Assembly: GCA_946622835.1 (NCBI GenBank)
Contig: CAMOQI010000001.1
Coordinates: 1 to 26,297, forward strand
Reading direction: 5' to 3'
Source: an uncultured Candidatus Melainabacteria bacterium
GTDB taxonomy: Bacteria; Cyanobacteriota; Vampirovibrionia; Gastranaerophilales; Gastranaerophilaceae
DNA: 26,297 nucleotides
Position numbers and translations under genes: made by a program. The notes beneath the pieces are model-generated. The model was not told where the DNA came from and did not search any database. It saw only the letters and a list, made by a program, of their open reading frames with translations. Of the stretch, positions 7,781 through 17,464 are shown piece after piece. Within the stretch, counting starts at the first letter, position 1. Each line of letters begins with the position of its first letter.

Positions 7781-8113
7781 ATGGCATTTTTAGCATTGGC
7801 AAGTCAAAAAAGTTTATTGACATTGCAGAAGAACTTTTTACAGTTCCAACAAATCAGTATTATGAATCAAACTCACTATTGGGCAACTATGGCAAATAAC
7901 ATTCAAAGAGAATTATCTGCCCAAGAAAACAAAGATTATACCAATGACCCGAGTTTTATTTACTACAGCGAAATGGAACAACAACTTGAAACCGAAAAAG
8001 ATTCAATCGAAACACAAATAACTGCGATTGAAAACGAAATTTCCGGTTTGAAGACACTTGTAAACAACAATATCAAATCAAGCTGTACGCTTAACTTAGC
8101 ATCAGGCGGCTAG
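7781..8113 (+). CDS. Hypothetical small coiled-coil protein (110 aa)
   Basis: Strong SD TAAGGAG. C-terminal heptad-like segment EMEQQLETEKDSIETQITAIENEISGLKTLVNNNIKSS. Confidence 0.85.
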   Translation: MAFLALASQKSLLTLQKNFLQFQQISIMNQTHYWATMANNIQRELSAQENKDYTNDPSFIYYSEMEQQLETEKDSIETQITAIENEISGLKTLVNNNIKSSCTLNLASGG

Positions 8114-8115
8114 AT

Positions 8116-8955
8116 TTAAGCAGAAAACTTTTCAAACAGTTCCACAGTGTTAAGCATCAATGACGCAATAGTCATCGGGCCGACACCACCGGGAACAGGT
8201 GATATGTATGATGCTTTTTGAAAAGCACTTTCAAAGTCTACGTCTCCTCGGGTTTTCCCGTTAATATCTTTGAAAATGCCGACATCTACAATCACACAAT
8301 CAGATTTTAACATTTCCCCTTCTATAATATTTTTCCCTACTGCTGAAACAACAATATCAGCAGTTTTTGTTATTTGAGCAAGATTTTTTGTATGACTGTG
8401 ACAGACGGTTACTGTCGCATTTCTGTTTAATAACATTTGCGAAAGCGGTCTGCCAACAACATTTGAACGACCGATAACAACAATATGTTTCCCCTCAAGC
8501 TCAATGCCGTATTCATCCAATAATAATAATACTCCCTTTGGGGTGCAGGGATAAACAATGGGTTTTTCTCCGGAAAACAGCTTTCCAAAATTATACGGCG
8601 TAAAACCGTCAACATCTTTTTGCGGGGATATCGCATTTATCACATTTTCTTTTGAAATATGCTCCGGCAAAGGAAGCTGAACTAATATGGCCGTAACTTC
8701 TTTATCATTATTTAACTCTTCTATTTTAGCCAAAAGCTCCGATTCTGAAATATTTTCAGGATAATTTAAAACAACAGAATTTATACCCAGTTTTTCTGCG
8801 GTTTTTTTCTTATTATTAACATAAATTCTACTTGCAGGATTATCACCGACCAAAATAACGACCAATGTCGGTTTTTTATCAAATCTGTCAAGTTTTACCT
8901 TTAATTCGGTAAGAATTTTATCTCTTAAGTTTTTCCCGTCTAATATAACTGCCAT
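8116..8955 (-). CDS. folD: Bifunctional methylenetetrahydrofolate dehydrogenase/cyclohydrolase
   Basis: ILDGK, LVQLPLP, KDVDGF, PCTPKG, VVIGRSNVVGRP and PVPGGVGPMT motifs. Start moved to MAVILDGK (8955) because the 22-aa ORF-track extension is non-homologous. Confidence 0.96.
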   Translation of the reverse strand: MAVILDGKNLRDKILTELKVKLDRFDKKPTLVVILVGDNPASRIYVNNKKKTAEKLGINSVVLNYPENISESELLAKIEELNNDKEVTAILVQLPLPEHISKENVINAISPQKDVDGFTPYNFGKLFSGEKPIVYPCTPKGVLLLLDEYGIELEGKHIVVIGRSNVVGRPLSQMLLNRNATVTVCHSHTKNLAQITKTADIVVSAVGKNIIEGEMLKSDCVIVDVGIFKDINGKTRGDVDFESAFQKASYISPVPGGVGPMTIASLMLNTVELFEKFSA

Positions 8956-8961
8956 AGTCAA

Positions 8962-8970
8962 ATTATAACA
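8962..8970 (-). promoter_or_regulatory. Extended -10 box of a probable leaderless folD transcript
   Basis: TG-T-TATAAT, 6 nt before the ATG at 8955. No SD. Confidence 0.62.
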
Positions 8971-9118
8971 CAACAAAATAAATACTACATCACCTGCCTT
9001 CATTTGAATAACAAAAGCCAAAACAAAGGTTGCAATTATTAAAAAATAATAAATTTACCTTGTTTATTTAATTTGATACTTTATAATATTTGTATATGAT
9101 GTTATGAAGGGAAAAATT

Positions 9119-9679
9119 ATGAGCGAAAAAAATTCAAACCCGTTCAAAAACGAAGAAATTATAACAGACGAAGAAACGCAAAACCAAGAAGATTCTGAAA
9201 ATTTATCTGAAGAACCCTCTCAACAAGACTCTAAAGATAAACTGCAAGAAGAATATGACAAGCTTAATCAGCAATATATAAGACTTGCCGCTGATTTTGA
9301 AAATTACAGAAAACGTCAAGCCCAAGAGCGCGAAGCCCTTATAAAATACGGTACGGAAAGCGCTTTAACAAATTTACTTGAAATTCTTGATAATTTTGAA
9401 CGCGGTAAAAAAGCTTTAGAAAACACAGATGATGTTGAAAAAGTTAAAGAAAGTTTTAACCTGATTCACAAGCAAGTATTTGACACTTTGACAAAGCTTG
9501 GCTTAGAAGAAATTAAAGCTGTTGGAGAAGAGTTTGACCCTAATTTTCATGAGGCGGTAATGCAAACCCCAAGTGAAGAACACCCCGAAAATATTGTAAT
9601 CGCGGAACTACAAAAGGGTTATAAAGTAGGAGATAAAGTTATTCGCCCAACTATGGTGAATGTAGCAACAAAAGGGTAA
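9119..9679 (+). CDS. grpE: Nucleotide exchange factor GrpE
   Basis: Acidic N-terminus, RLAADFENYRKR, FDPNFHEAV and LQKGYKVGDKVIRPTMV. Start placed at 9119, downstream of SD-like AAGGGA. Confidence 0.95.
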   Translation: MSEKNSNPFKNEEIITDEETQNQEDSENLSEEPSQQDSKDKLQEEYDKLNQQYIRLAADFENYRKRQAQEREALIKYGTESALTNLLEILDNFERGKKALENTDDVEKVKESFNLIHKQVFDTLTKLGLEEIKAVGEEFDPNFHEAVMQTPSEEHPENIVIAELQKGYKVGDKVIRPTMVNVATKG

Positions 9680-9729
9680 TTTTAAATTATATCAATTTAC
9701 CCGACCCAAAAAGGAAGTAGAAAAAATTA

Positions 9730-10854
9730 ATGTCAGATTATTATGAAATATTAGGGGTATCAAAAAATGCCACCAAAGACGAAATAAAATCGGCTTTTCG
9801 CAAAAAAGCCCGAGAATTACATCCTGATGTAAACAAAGCCCCTGATGCTGAAGAAAGATTCAAAGAACTCGGCAAAGCTTATGACACTCTATCAGATGAT
9901 AACAAGCGCGCGACATATGATCAATATGGAGAAGACGGATTAAAAAATGCAGGATTTGATACAGGCGGCCCGTTCGCAGGCGGTTTCGGAGATTTAAATG
10001 ACATATTTGAAAGCTTCTTTGGCGGCTTAGGCGGTTTTGGTTTTGGTGCAAGACCTGATCCAAACGCCCCTCAACGAGGCGATGACTTAAGATATGATAT
10101 CAAATTAAGCTTTGAAGAAGCAGTTTTTGGAGTAAATAAAACTATTGAATTTAATCATCTTGAATTATGCCACGAATGCAACGGAACAGGAGCCGCTAAA
10201 GGGTCTGCAAGAAAAACTTGTACTAAATGCGGCGGTTCAGGGCAAATAAAAACAGTTACTCGCACCCCGCTGGGAAATTTTGCACAAATAACAACATGTC
10301 CGTTATGCCATGGAGCAGGCACCGTAATAGAAAAACCATGCCCGAAATGTCAAGGACAAGGAGTGGTTAATGCCGACAAAAAAGTCGAAATAAAAATTCC
10401 CGCAGGGGTTGATAATATGTCAAAAATCCGAGTATCAGGCGAGGGGGATTGCGGAATAAATTCAGGTCCAAGCGGAGATTTATTTGTTGTTGTTTTCGTT
10501 GAACCGTCAAAATATTACAAACGCGACGGAATAAATGTTTTCACAGAACTTGAAATTTCTCCCGCTCAAGCGGTTTTGGGAGATGTCATAACAATAAAAA
10601 CTCTTGATGGAGAACAACAGGTTACAATTCCTGCAGGAATTCAATACGGCGAATTTGTAAAAATCAAAGGGGCAGGAGTTCCGATAATTTCAAGACCTTC
10701 TCAAAGAGGAGATCACATTGTAATTGTTAAAATTGCAATACCGACAAAATTGACAGATGAAGAGAAACAGTTGTATGATAAATTATACAGACTAAACGGA
10801 GGACAAAAACCTCAAGATTCGATTATGTCTAAAGTTAAAGGAGTATTTAAATAA
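9730..10854 (+). CDS. dnaJ: Chaperone DnaJ (class A)
   Basis: J-domain with HPD, G/F-rich linker, four CxxCxGxG zinc-finger repeats and C-terminal peptide-binding domain. Confidence 0.97.
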   Translation: MSDYYEILGVSKNATKDEIKSAFRKKARELHPDVNKAPDAEERFKELGKAYDTLSDDNKRATYDQYGEDGLKNAGFDTGGPFAGGFGDLNDIFESFFGGLGGFGFGARPDPNAPQRGDDLRYDIKLSFEEAVFGVNKTIEFNHLELCHECNGTGAAKGSARKTCTKCGGSGQIKTVTRTPLGNFAQITTCPLCHGAGTVIEKPCPKCQGQGVVNADKKVEIKIPAGVDNMSKIRVSGEGDCGINSGPSGDLFVVVFVEPSKYYKRDGINVFTELEISPAQAVLGDVITIKTLDGEQQVTIPAGIQYGEFVKIKGAGVPIISRPSQRGDHIVIVKIAIPTKLTDEEKQLYDKLYRLNGGQKPQDSIMSKVKGVFK

Positions 10855-12269
10855 TGCGAAAATTTCTGGCAATAATTTGTTTGAGCTTTTTACTTGGAAC
10901 CGGTGCGTTGGCAAAACAAATTCCTCAACCGGTGCAAGATTTTATAAATAAAGACTTCCCTCAGACAAATTTCAGATTTGACGGAGCAATTATCTTGCCT
11001 GATAATACAATGTATTTACCTGTATTCCCAGCAAAAACAAGCGATAATACAGAACTTACAATAAAAACAAGTTATCCCGTTAACAGCACTATGAAACAAA
11101 AACCGGATATGATTATACTTGATAATAATTTTGTCCTTTTAAAAGTTTTAAACATAAACGGTAAAAAAACCGTCATAAATCTTGCCGAAACACCTGAAGA
11201 ATTACAAACAGGCCTGTTACCTCAAGATATACTGCTGCCTAAAGGTCTTGTAATACCAACAAGCTTGGAAGGAATCATAGGAAATATCGACGTAACAGTA
11301 ACTCAAGATACCGGACTAAGAATAAATAACACACGTGCTAAAGGTAAAAATTCCACAACCCCTGTTGAACCCTTAAATGGAAAAACTTTTTTTATCTCAT
11401 CAGGAGCAAATAAAAATATTCAAGTGGTAAATTCTAATACCCAAAAACCTGAATATGCACTTGAACAAGCTTATATCATAAACGATATGAAAGCTTACAA
11501 TAATGAATTTTTACTTGTAACATACTACGATTTTAAAAGTATGAATATAATCTCCCTGATGGATGAAAAAGTAATCAAACAAGTTAATTTAGATTCTGTA
11601 CCGGAACAAATTTTGATAGACAGCAAAAATAAACTTGCTTACATAACTTCAGGTTCAAATTCAAGTGTATATATATTTAGTCTTGAAACAATGACTCTTA
11701 AAAAACAACTTAAAATAAACGGTAAATGTGAAAAATTTACTCTTGCTCAAGACGGCTCAAAACTTTTCTACGTTGACAGAAATACTAATAACATATGGGT
11801 TGTAGACTTTGAAGAAAATTACAAATTGAAAAATATCGGAAATTTCCCAAATATTTCAAAAATTGCATACTCAAACGGCAAAATATATATTACAAGTCGT
11901 ACAAAAAACAGGATGGCTATTGTTAATTACGAAACTTTAGAATTCATAAACGAATTGGAAGTTTGCGAAAAACCGGTTGAACTATACGCAACAGGAGATG
12001 ATTTATTTATTCTTGGCGCACAAGAAAATATTTTAGAAGTGCTCAATACCAAAGATGACGTAATCACAGATAAATTATTTTTGAACACCAACTCTTTTGC
12101 AACAAATATCACTCCAATTGAAAACAGCGATTTAATAATGATTACCAATGCTCTTCCGGGCTTATATTCAGTTGTCGATACAGAAATTAAAGAAGTGATT
12201 AAAACAAGTCCTTTGGATATTCCGGTGAGAGTAATAGTTATAACAGATACCGTAAAAACTATTAAATAA
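10854..12269 (+). CDS. Exported protein with C-terminal YncE/YVTN-like beta-propeller
   Basis: Signal peptide MRKFLAIICLSFLLGTGALA. Repeated blade-like motifs such as KLAYITSGSNSSVYIFSLET, KLFYVDRNTNNIWVVD and KIYITSRTKNRMAIVN. TAATG overlap with the dnaJ stop. Confidence 0.75.
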   Translation: MRKFLAIICLSFLLGTGALAKQIPQPVQDFINKDFPQTNFRFDGAIILPDNTMYLPVFPAKTSDNTELTIKTSYPVNSTMKQKPDMIILDNNFVLLKVLNINGKKTVINLAETPEELQTGLLPQDILLPKGLVIPTSLEGIIGNIDVTVTQDTGLRINNTRAKGKNSTTPVEPLNGKTFFISSGANKNIQVVNSNTQKPEYALEQAYIINDMKAYNNEFLLVTYYDFKSMNIISLMDEKVIKQVNLDSVPEQILIDSKNKLAYITSGSNSSVYIFSLETMTLKKQLKINGKCEKFTLAQDGSKLFYVDRNTNNIWVVDFEENYKLKNIGNFPNISKIAYSNGKIYITSRTKNRMAIVNYETLEFINELEVCEKPVELYATGDDLFILGAQENILEVLNTKDDVITDKLFLNTNSFATNITPIENSDLIMITNALPGLYSVVDTEIKEVIKTSPLDIPVRVIVITDTVKTIK

Positions 12270-12310
12270 AGCTCAACAGGTATCTTATTACAGTTCATTA
12301 AATCATATTA

Positions 12311-13432
12311 TTATCTGATTTGAACAGGCATAATCAAACAAATAAAATCTTCATCACTGTTTGGTTTGATTACGGTTGCAGAAAGGCTTGCATTTAAGCC
12401 TATAATAATTTCTTCACTTTCAATAATTTTTAATGTATCAAGTACAAATTTATAGTTAAATGCAATCAAAAGTTCCTCTGCTGTATACTGAATATCCAAT
12501 TTATCCTCAGATTTGCCGGCATCTTGAGTATCAGCAGATAGTGTCAATTCATTATCCGCAAAGTGCATTTTAACAATACTTGTTTTTTCGTTTGCCATGA
12601 CAGAAACCCTATCTAATGCAACAATTAGTTGAGAAACATTAACAATTGCCTGTTTTGGACTTTGCGCCGGTATTAATTGATTATATTTCGGGAATTGACC
12701 TTCTAAAAGTCTTGATATAGTCAATGTTTTTTCTGTTTTTAATACAATTGTCGATTTATCCTTGCAGATTTTAATTGTTTCGTCATCCATAAATGAACCC
12801 ATTTTCATAAATTCATTTAAAGTTCTTGAAGGGATAATCAATTGAGTTTGCTCGGTTATGTCAGAATTGATTTTTTCTCTAACTCTTGCAAGTCTGTTTC
12901 CGTCAGTTGACGCAATTTCTAAAATTCCGTTTGAAAAATCGCAAACAATCCCTGATAAAAGATTGCTGACTTCGTAACTTGCCGCAGCAAATCCGGCTTG
13001 TCTTATGGCTTTTAAAAACGGTTTTAATTCAACATCAAAACATTTTGCATCATCAATATTATAATTTGTAACCTCCGGAGGAAATTCGGATGCACAAATC
13101 CCTATTATATCAAATTTTGATTTTTGGCATGAAATATTTACTGTCGTTCCATTTTCTTCGGTTTCTATTGTCACTAACTCATTGCCCAGTTTTGATACTA
13201 TTTCATTTAATTTTTTTGCAGGCAATGTAATCTTGCCTTCTTTTTCAACTTGAGCATCTACCGTTGTTATAATTGTCAAAACTAAATCTGTTGCGGTTAA
13301 TCGGATTGCGTTATTACCGACTGTTTCAATTAAAATGTTGTACAAAACAGGTTGAACCGCTTTTTGAGATGTTGCACGTTCAACAATTTTGATTCCGTCA
13401 AATAAATCTTCTTTTCTGACAATAAATTTCAT
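12311..13432 (-). CDS. dnaN: DNA polymerase III beta sliding clamp
   Basis: LTATDL, ASTDGNRLA, SRLLEGQFP, AFNYKFVLD and C-terminal LIMPV. Length 373 aa. Confidence 0.97.
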   Translation of the reverse strand: MKFIVRKEDLFDGIKIVERATSQKAVQPVLYNILIETVGNNAIRLTATDLVLTIITTVDAQVEKEGKITLPAKKLNEIVSKLGNELVTIETEENGTTVNISCQKSKFDIIGICASEFPPEVTNYNIDDAKCFDVELKPFLKAIRQAGFAAASYEVSNLLSGIVCDFSNGILEIASTDGNRLARVREKINSDITEQTQLIIPSRTLNEFMKMGSFMDDETIKICKDKSTIVLKTEKTLTISRLLEGQFPKYNQLIPAQSPKQAIVNVSQLIVALDRVSVMANEKTSIVKMHFADNELTLSADTQDAGKSEDKLDIQYTAEELLIAFNYKFVLDTLKIIESEEIIIGLNASLSATVIKPNSDEDFICLIMPVQIR

Positions 13433-13565
13433 ATATCCCTGCTCCTTATATATCTCTTTGCTAAATTATAGAATAAATATAGCGAAAATGATATCAGACA
13501 ACTGATATTTATTAAGAAATGTATAATGGCGAGATTCTTTGAAATATTTTATTTATTCACTGTTT

Positions 13566-14249
13566 TTAAACTTTTTTTCCCAAGGATTTTGATATTTTAG
13601 AATGAATCACATTTGCTTGATTTAAATATGAGGTTAGTTTCTCGTAATTTTTTGCTTTTTCACCATAAGGAACATTCATTTCCACAAGCTCATCAACGCT
13701 TTTACTTATCTCTGATAATTGTTCCAAAGAATCTGATAATGTGACAACCGAATTAATTTTTTTGGAGAGTTTTGCCAATATCTTATGTGACACAAAGTGC
13801 TGAATTTTATATATTAACGGCATTGTTTGTTTAAATTTTTCATGAGAAAAGTTATCACTTAAAGTTTTTTCGCCATACATTTGCTGCTTTCTTAACATTG
13901 TAAGCTCTTGAGAAATCCTTTGGCGTTTTGCTTTTAAACCTAAAGCCTCATTTTGAGTCCCATATGTATCCGCAGTTTTTATTTTTGAATCCAGTTCTTT
14001 TATTGCAGATTCTTTTTCTTTTATTCTATACTCAAGGCTCAAATTTTCTTCTTCGACTCTTTCAGTATTTGTGTTATTTAATATTGCCGAATCATAACCA
14101 TTTATACGTTTTGTTGATGTCTGTACAACATCACGTGAATTCGCAGGTTCAACCGTTAAATCCGTATTGAAAGGATTTACATTAGAAAAATTATATTCTC
14201 TGCTGAATATATTACTGCCTATTTGATTTTTATTTCCGCTGCTATTCAT
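13566..14249 (-). CDS. Hypothetical coiled-coil protein (227 aa)
   Basis: Long open frame with a low-complexity Asn/Ser N-terminus, a central heptad region and a helical C-terminus. TAAAAT lies 6 nt before the ATG. Confidence 0.8.
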   Translation of the reverse strand: MNSSGNKNQIGSNIFSREYNFSNVNPFNTDLTVEPANSRDVVQTSTKRINGYDSAILNNTNTERVEEENLSLEYRIKEKESAIKELDSKIKTADTYGTQNEALGLKAKRQRISQELTMLRKQQMYGEKTLSDNFSHEKFKQTMPLIYKIQHFVSHKILAKLSKKINSVVTLSDSLEQLSEISKSVDELVEMNVPYGEKAKNYEKLTSYLNQANVIHSKISKSLGKKV

Positions 14250-14302
14250 ATGTACATTTTAAAACATAAAAAAAATTTTTTTGACCATTAAAAGTATGAT
14301 TT

Positions 14303-15439
14303 CTATGAAATTGTGTAAACTTTTTTATAATAAAGTAAAATTCCCCAAATAGTAAGTACAATATTAGGCAGCCACGCTGCAATCAACGGAGTTAAAGATC
14401 CTGCTTCCCCAAACGAAATAGCAAGCGCTCTTACAACATAATAAGCAAAGATTATCAAAATGCTGAATAAAAATCCCCTGTTATACCGCACCCTTGGAGG
14501 AGTAATCGCCAGCGGTACTCCGATTAGCACAAATACAATCGTCGTAACAGGAAGAGCTATTTTATCATGCAGTGCTATCGTATAAATCTGCCTATCTTTT
14601 TCTTGTAAGCCTGATTTTTTCAAATACTTCAACAATTTTGAAAAATTCATCTCTTTTGCAAGGTTTTTATTCATTTCTTTGGTTAAATCTATACCAAATT
14701 GTACAGTTGAAGTATCAAATAATGTCGTATTCAAAACTTGCCCGCGTTTTCCTATTGTATATGTTGCGCCTTTTTCAAAGATCCAGCCTTCAGGAGATGT
14801 TCTCCCCTCTTTTGCTTGTAAAACTTGTAAAGTTCCATCCTTTGCATTATCTAATACCGTTATATTATACAAAGTTTTATCCTTACACGTACCGACATAA
14901 AATAATCGTTTTAACGCACCGCTATCGTTAAGTTCTTTAAATACAAAATTCTCTTTACCGTTTGGAATATTTTTCTGACCCAATGCCCATAGCGCTAAAT
15001 CTTTTGCTTGCCTTGTCATTACAGGAACTATGCTCTCATTTATTATAAAACTCGATAATGACATTACAACCGCAAATATAAATATTGATTTGGCAATCCT
15101 GTTTATACCTATCCCACAAGCCCTCATAACAGTAATCTCAGAGGACAAACTCAGACGATTTAAAGTCATAACTGTTGATAATAGGACCCCCATAGGTATT
15201 GTCATTACAATAATTGATGGTAAATTTAACAATATAATTATGAATGCAACCTTGAAAGGAATCCCGAATCTTGCAATTTGCTTAATTAAGGTAATAAACG
15301 TATCTGATGCAAAAATAATCGTGGTAAATACAAAAACACCCATTATAAAAAGCTCAATCACCTGTTTTATAATGTATTTATCCAATATTTTTAAATTATT
15401 GTATTTATCTTTAATTTTCGCAATTATTTCTTTAAACAT
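14303..15439 (-). CDS. LptF/LptG-family LPS export permease
   Basis: KILDKYIIKQ N-terminus, three TM helices, RLSLSSEITVMRACG, periplasmic beta-rich domain, three C-terminal TMs with AAWLPN. Confidence 0.92.
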   Translation of the reverse strand: MFKEIIAKIKDKYNNLKILDKYIIKQVIELFIMGVFVFTTIIFASDTFITLIKQIARFGIPFKVAFIIILLNLPSIIVMTIPMGVLLSTVMTLNRLSLSSEITVMRACGIGINRIAKSIFIFAVVMSLSSFIINESIVPVMTRQAKDLALWALGQKNIPNGKENFVFKELNDSGALKRLFYVGTCKDKTLYNITVLDNAKDGTLQVLQAKEGRTSPEGWIFEKGATYTIGKRGQVLNTTLFDTSTVQFGIDLTKEMNKNLAKEMNFSKLLKYLKKSGLQEKDRQIYTIALHDKIALPVTTIVFVLIGVPLAITPPRVRYNRGFLFSILIIFAYYVVRALAISFGEAGSLTPLIAAWLPNIVLTIWGILLYYKKVYTIS

Positions 15440-15504
15440 AAAACTATCTTAATCTAAACATATGTCTAAATCAAATATTAAAGTTTAAAATAATAATTTA
15501 TCTT

Positions 15505-17121
15505 CTAACCCATTTTTTTCTCATAATCTTTACCGCCAACAATACGTAAATGACGGCTGTCACCTTCACCGACAGATTTACTTTCAAGATTATGTTGTTC
15601 AACAAGCTCATGTTGAAGCTTTCTTATTTGAGTATTTTGAGGAGTTAATTCAACATCACCTTCACCTGCCAAAACTTTTTCTATAGCTGCCTTTGCTTCA
15701 TCAAGAGCCTTTTCGGTAATATCATAAAATGTTTGTCGTTCATTTAATTCTGCAATATCCAATGCATCTTTTATAACTTTTTGTATTTGTGCCATTGAGT
15801 TTGTTTTAACATAAAATATTTGAAGTCTGTTTTCTTCCGCAGTAGACAAAACTTTTGCGCCTCCTTTGATAAAATTTTTATGCGCAATTACAATATCTGC
15901 ATCATCAATATTTCTTGTAATTTCTGCATTCAAATCAAGACGCTCTATTACTTTTTCTGCAATACTTCTTGAAACTGCATACAAATATATTTTCTTATAC
16001 TTCTTAACTTCTTCGACATACTTTTGTCTTGAAAAACTGAATTTTAAACTTTCAGGATGCTCAATTTTATCATCTAAAGAGTTAATTTTATCAATCACCG
16101 TAGGTGTTTTTGACTGTTCTGCGGTATTTTGCGTGAATGTATATGTTTGATCAACTTTACGTATTTCAGGACGTATCGGCCATCCTCTTAAAATATAATC
16201 CACCGCTTCTACAGTATCTTTGTATACCGCTAGGGTATTTCTGTCTAAAATTTCTATTACAATATCAAATGTAGGTTGTTTTTCACGTTCTAATACAGTC
16301 TTTTGAGAAGAACGACGTTTTGCTTCATCATCTCCTAACGTAACAGATTGAATTCCTCCAACCAAATCCGATAAAGTCGGGTTTTTAATTAAACTTTCCA
16401 GACTATTACCATGTGCTGTTGCAATAAGCATAACACCACGTTCTGCTATTGTTCTTGCAGCCTGAGCCTCTGCTTCTGTTCCGATTTCATCCACCACAAT
16501 AACCTCAGGCGTATGGTTTTCTACAGCCTCTATCATGATATCTTTTTGATACTCGGGTTGACGAACCTGCATACGTCTTGCATGCCCGACAGCAGGATGC
16601 GGAGTGTCACCATCTCCGGCAATTTCATTTGATGTATCCACTATTATAACACGTTTACCAAGCTCATCCGCCATAAGTCTTGAAATTTCTCTAAGTTTTG
16701 TTGTTTTACCAACCCCCGGACGCCCAAGGAAAAGTATACTCTTATTCTGTAAACAAATATCTTTTATACAAGAAATCGTACCGGTGACAACACGACCAAT
16801 ACGACACGTCAAACCTACAACCTTGCCCTGTCTGTTTCTTATTGCACTTATTCGGTGCAATGTTCCGGGAATACCGGAACGATTATCCGACGTAAATTCT
16901 TGTACTCGCGACGTTATAAATTCTATATCGTCTAGAGTAACCTTTTCTTGACCCAAATATTCAATCCTACCATCAGAATGTCTGATTTCCGGAACCCGAC
17001 CAAGGTCAATAACTATTTCAATGGCATCGTCCATTACGGAAAAGTCCAAACGGGCTTTAATTCCTTCGGGCAGAATTTCAATTAATTTATCTAAATCATT
17101 TTGAAATTGTATATTGCTCAT
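15505..17121 (-). CDS. Ycf45-like SpoIIIAA-family AAA ATPase with C-terminal R3H domain
   Basis: IDLGRVP, RSGIPGTLHRISAIRN, Walker A GRPGVGKT, DTSNEIAGDG, IVVDEIG, ATAHG. R3H-like tail RKLQHELVEQHNLESKSVGEG. Confidence 0.9.
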   Translation of the reverse strand: MSNIQFQNDLDKLIEILPEGIKARLDFSVMDDAIEIVIDLGRVPEIRHSDGRIEYLGQEKVTLDDIEFITSRVQEFTSDNRSGIPGTLHRISAIRNRQGKVVGLTCRIGRVVTGTISCIKDICLQNKSILFLGRPGVGKTTKLREISRLMADELGKRVIIVDTSNEIAGDGDTPHPAVGHARRMQVRQPEYQKDIMIEAVENHTPEVIVVDEIGTEAEAQAARTIAERGVMLIATAHGNSLESLIKNPTLSDLVGGIQSVTLGDDEAKRRSSQKTVLEREKQPTFDIVIEILDRNTLAVYKDTVEAVDYILRGWPIRPEIRKVDQTYTFTQNTAEQSKTPTVIDKINSLDDKIEHPESLKFSFSRQKYVEEVKKYKKIYLYAVSRSIAEKVIERLDLNAEITRNIDDADIVIAHKNFIKGGAKVLSTAEENRLQIFYVKTNSMAQIQKVIKDALDIAELNERQTFYDITEKALDEAKAAIEKVLAGEGDVELTPQNTQIRKLQHELVEQHNLESKSVGEGDSRHLRIVGGKDYEKKMG

Positions 17122-17144
17122 ATATTCGCTGCCTTTCTATTTTG

Positions 17145-17153
17145 ATTATATCA
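17145..17153 (-). promoter_or_regulatory. Extended -10 box of the Ycf45-like gene
   Basis: TG-A-TATAAT, followed by a short leader containing SD-like GAAAGG. Confidence 0.55.
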
Positions 17154-17464
17154 AAATATCTGTCGGCTATTACCTGCGGTATGTATGGGAGTATATCTTC
17201 TACATATATTATAACCCATGTAACGGCATTTTTTCCATTAATGTTTACTATTTTTGTAGTAATTTTAACAAAACTTTACATTCTCGAGTAGGTTGTATTC
17301 GTGTCATACCAACACTTTTCACTTTTAAATATAAAAAATTTTTATGCAGCTCAATCAATAGATTGAACTTTCAAATATTACTTTACAATCAGAAATAATT
17401 AGAAAATTTTCAGTTAATATAAATTTACACAAGAGTAAAAACTTTAATAAATTTGTTTATCAAC

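Noticed and set aside
13531-13539. GAGATTCTT matching one arm of the palindromic repeat
   Set aside because: Only 9 bp, with no partner arm or CGTC tag, so compatible with chance.
13433-13565. Possible oriC next to dnaN
   Set aside because: No dnaA nearby and no cluster of TTATCCACA boxes. There is only one 2-mismatch look-alike (TTATTCACT).
17114-17398. 94-aa + strand ORF in the gap upstream of the Ycf45-like gene
   Set aside because: TTG start inside the opposite gene's first codons, no SD and an odd Tyr/Phe-rich composition. It is better explained as the shadow of the minus-strand open frame reported as a finding.
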